Shown here: positions 63,601-64,000 of the stretch, in pieces
Position numbering within the stretch: the first letter of the stretch is position 1
How the letters are laid out: each line of letters begins with the position of its first letter
Assembly (NCBI RefSeq): GCF_035084215.1
Contig: NC_090359.1
Span: 15,438,001-15,502,000, forward strand
Source: Heptranchias perlo
Taxonomy: Eukaryota
Reading direction: 5' to 3'
DNA: 64,000 nt
Notes under the pieces: generated by a model
Told to the model about the DNA's origin: nothing
Database searches by the model: none
The model's input: only the letters and a program-made list of their open reading frames with translations
Made by a program: the position numbers and the translations under genes

Positions 63601-63679
63601 AATAGAGCTCCATATTTGTCTGCTTGTTGACACCATCCTCACACTCCTTGTGGTAATTCTGACACACTTGAGAAGCCAT
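60621..63679 (-). CDS. Ferritin heavy/middle-type subunit, copy 2 (175 aa, 4 exons)
   Basis: Exons 63679-63578, 62088-61942, 61329-61204, 60773-60621 in frame; ferroxidase residues intact; AATAAA at 60481-60486. Confidence 0.93.
61650..61935 (+). mobile_element. CR1 LINE 3' end in ferritin copy 2 intron 2
   Basis: ACCAGAGGACAC...ATCTGGAATG...; ends GATTCTATGA next to the exon 2 donor. Confidence 0.7.
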
Positions 63680-63755
63680 CCAAACTACTTTTTTTTAAAT
63701 AGACCAGCAACTGACTATAAACAATATGAACATAAGGACCTCAAACCTAAGCTGC

Positions 63756-63835
63756 TATATTTATTCTTTCAGACCCAACCCATCTTTAACTACAGGATGT
63801 GACATCACGGATGATAAATGTTTGGCAGCCAATCA
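63756..63835 (-). promoter_or_regulatory. Ferritin copy 2 promoter (TATA-like + CCAAT)
   Basis: Minus strand AATAAATATA at 63765-63756; GCCAATC at 63828-63834. Confidence 0.55.
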
Positions 63836-63863
63836 AATAGCTGCTTTCTCATCACACGAACGG

Positions 63864-63942
63864 AAAAAAACCCTAACCCCTCCCCCTGAAAAAAGTGGGG
63901 GGGGCCTAAAAACACCAAAAAAAAAGGAAAAACACACAAAAA
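63864..63942 (+). mobile_element. Tx1-clade LINE 3'UTR/tail upstream of ferritin copy 2
   Basis: ACCCCTCCCCCTGAAAAAAGTGGGGGGGGCCTAAAACACC(A)n matches the 3'UTR of the copies at 14220, 52540 and 58195. Confidence 0.7.
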
Positions 63943-64000
63943 CCCAATATCTTCAGGATCCTCCTTTCATTCAATCACTTCTCTTGTTCTATTTCATAAG

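Overview
Repeat-rich vertebrate DNA, almost certainly a cartilaginous fish (shark-type CR1/L2 LINEs, DeuSINEs, Penelope and Harbinger families); the species cannot be determined from sequence alone. Four spliced protein-coding genes can be reconstructed by hand, all on the minus strand: a two-exon GPR139/142-like orphan GPCR, a nine-exon zona pellucida ZP3 (ZPC) gene and two tandem four-exon ferritin (H/M-type) genes. A duplicated tRNA cluster (19-40.5 kb) holds a canonical tRNA-Phe, several tRNA-Asp genes in inverted pairs and many pseudogenes. The most notable signals are: (1) one Tx1-clade LINE family lies at the promoter/TSS of all three oocyte-type genes, with repeated hits at the zp3 5'UTR; (2) a Keno-type Tx1 element is joined to U2 snRNA at nt 38 and looks like a 3' transduction; (3) a ferritin 5'UTR carries a decayed iron-responsive element; (4) a LINE starts with a tRNA-derived head; (5) hammerhead-like Penelope termini occur, one in the GPCR 5'UTR. 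Family assignments come from recognition by eye, not database searches, and repeat boundaries are approximate.
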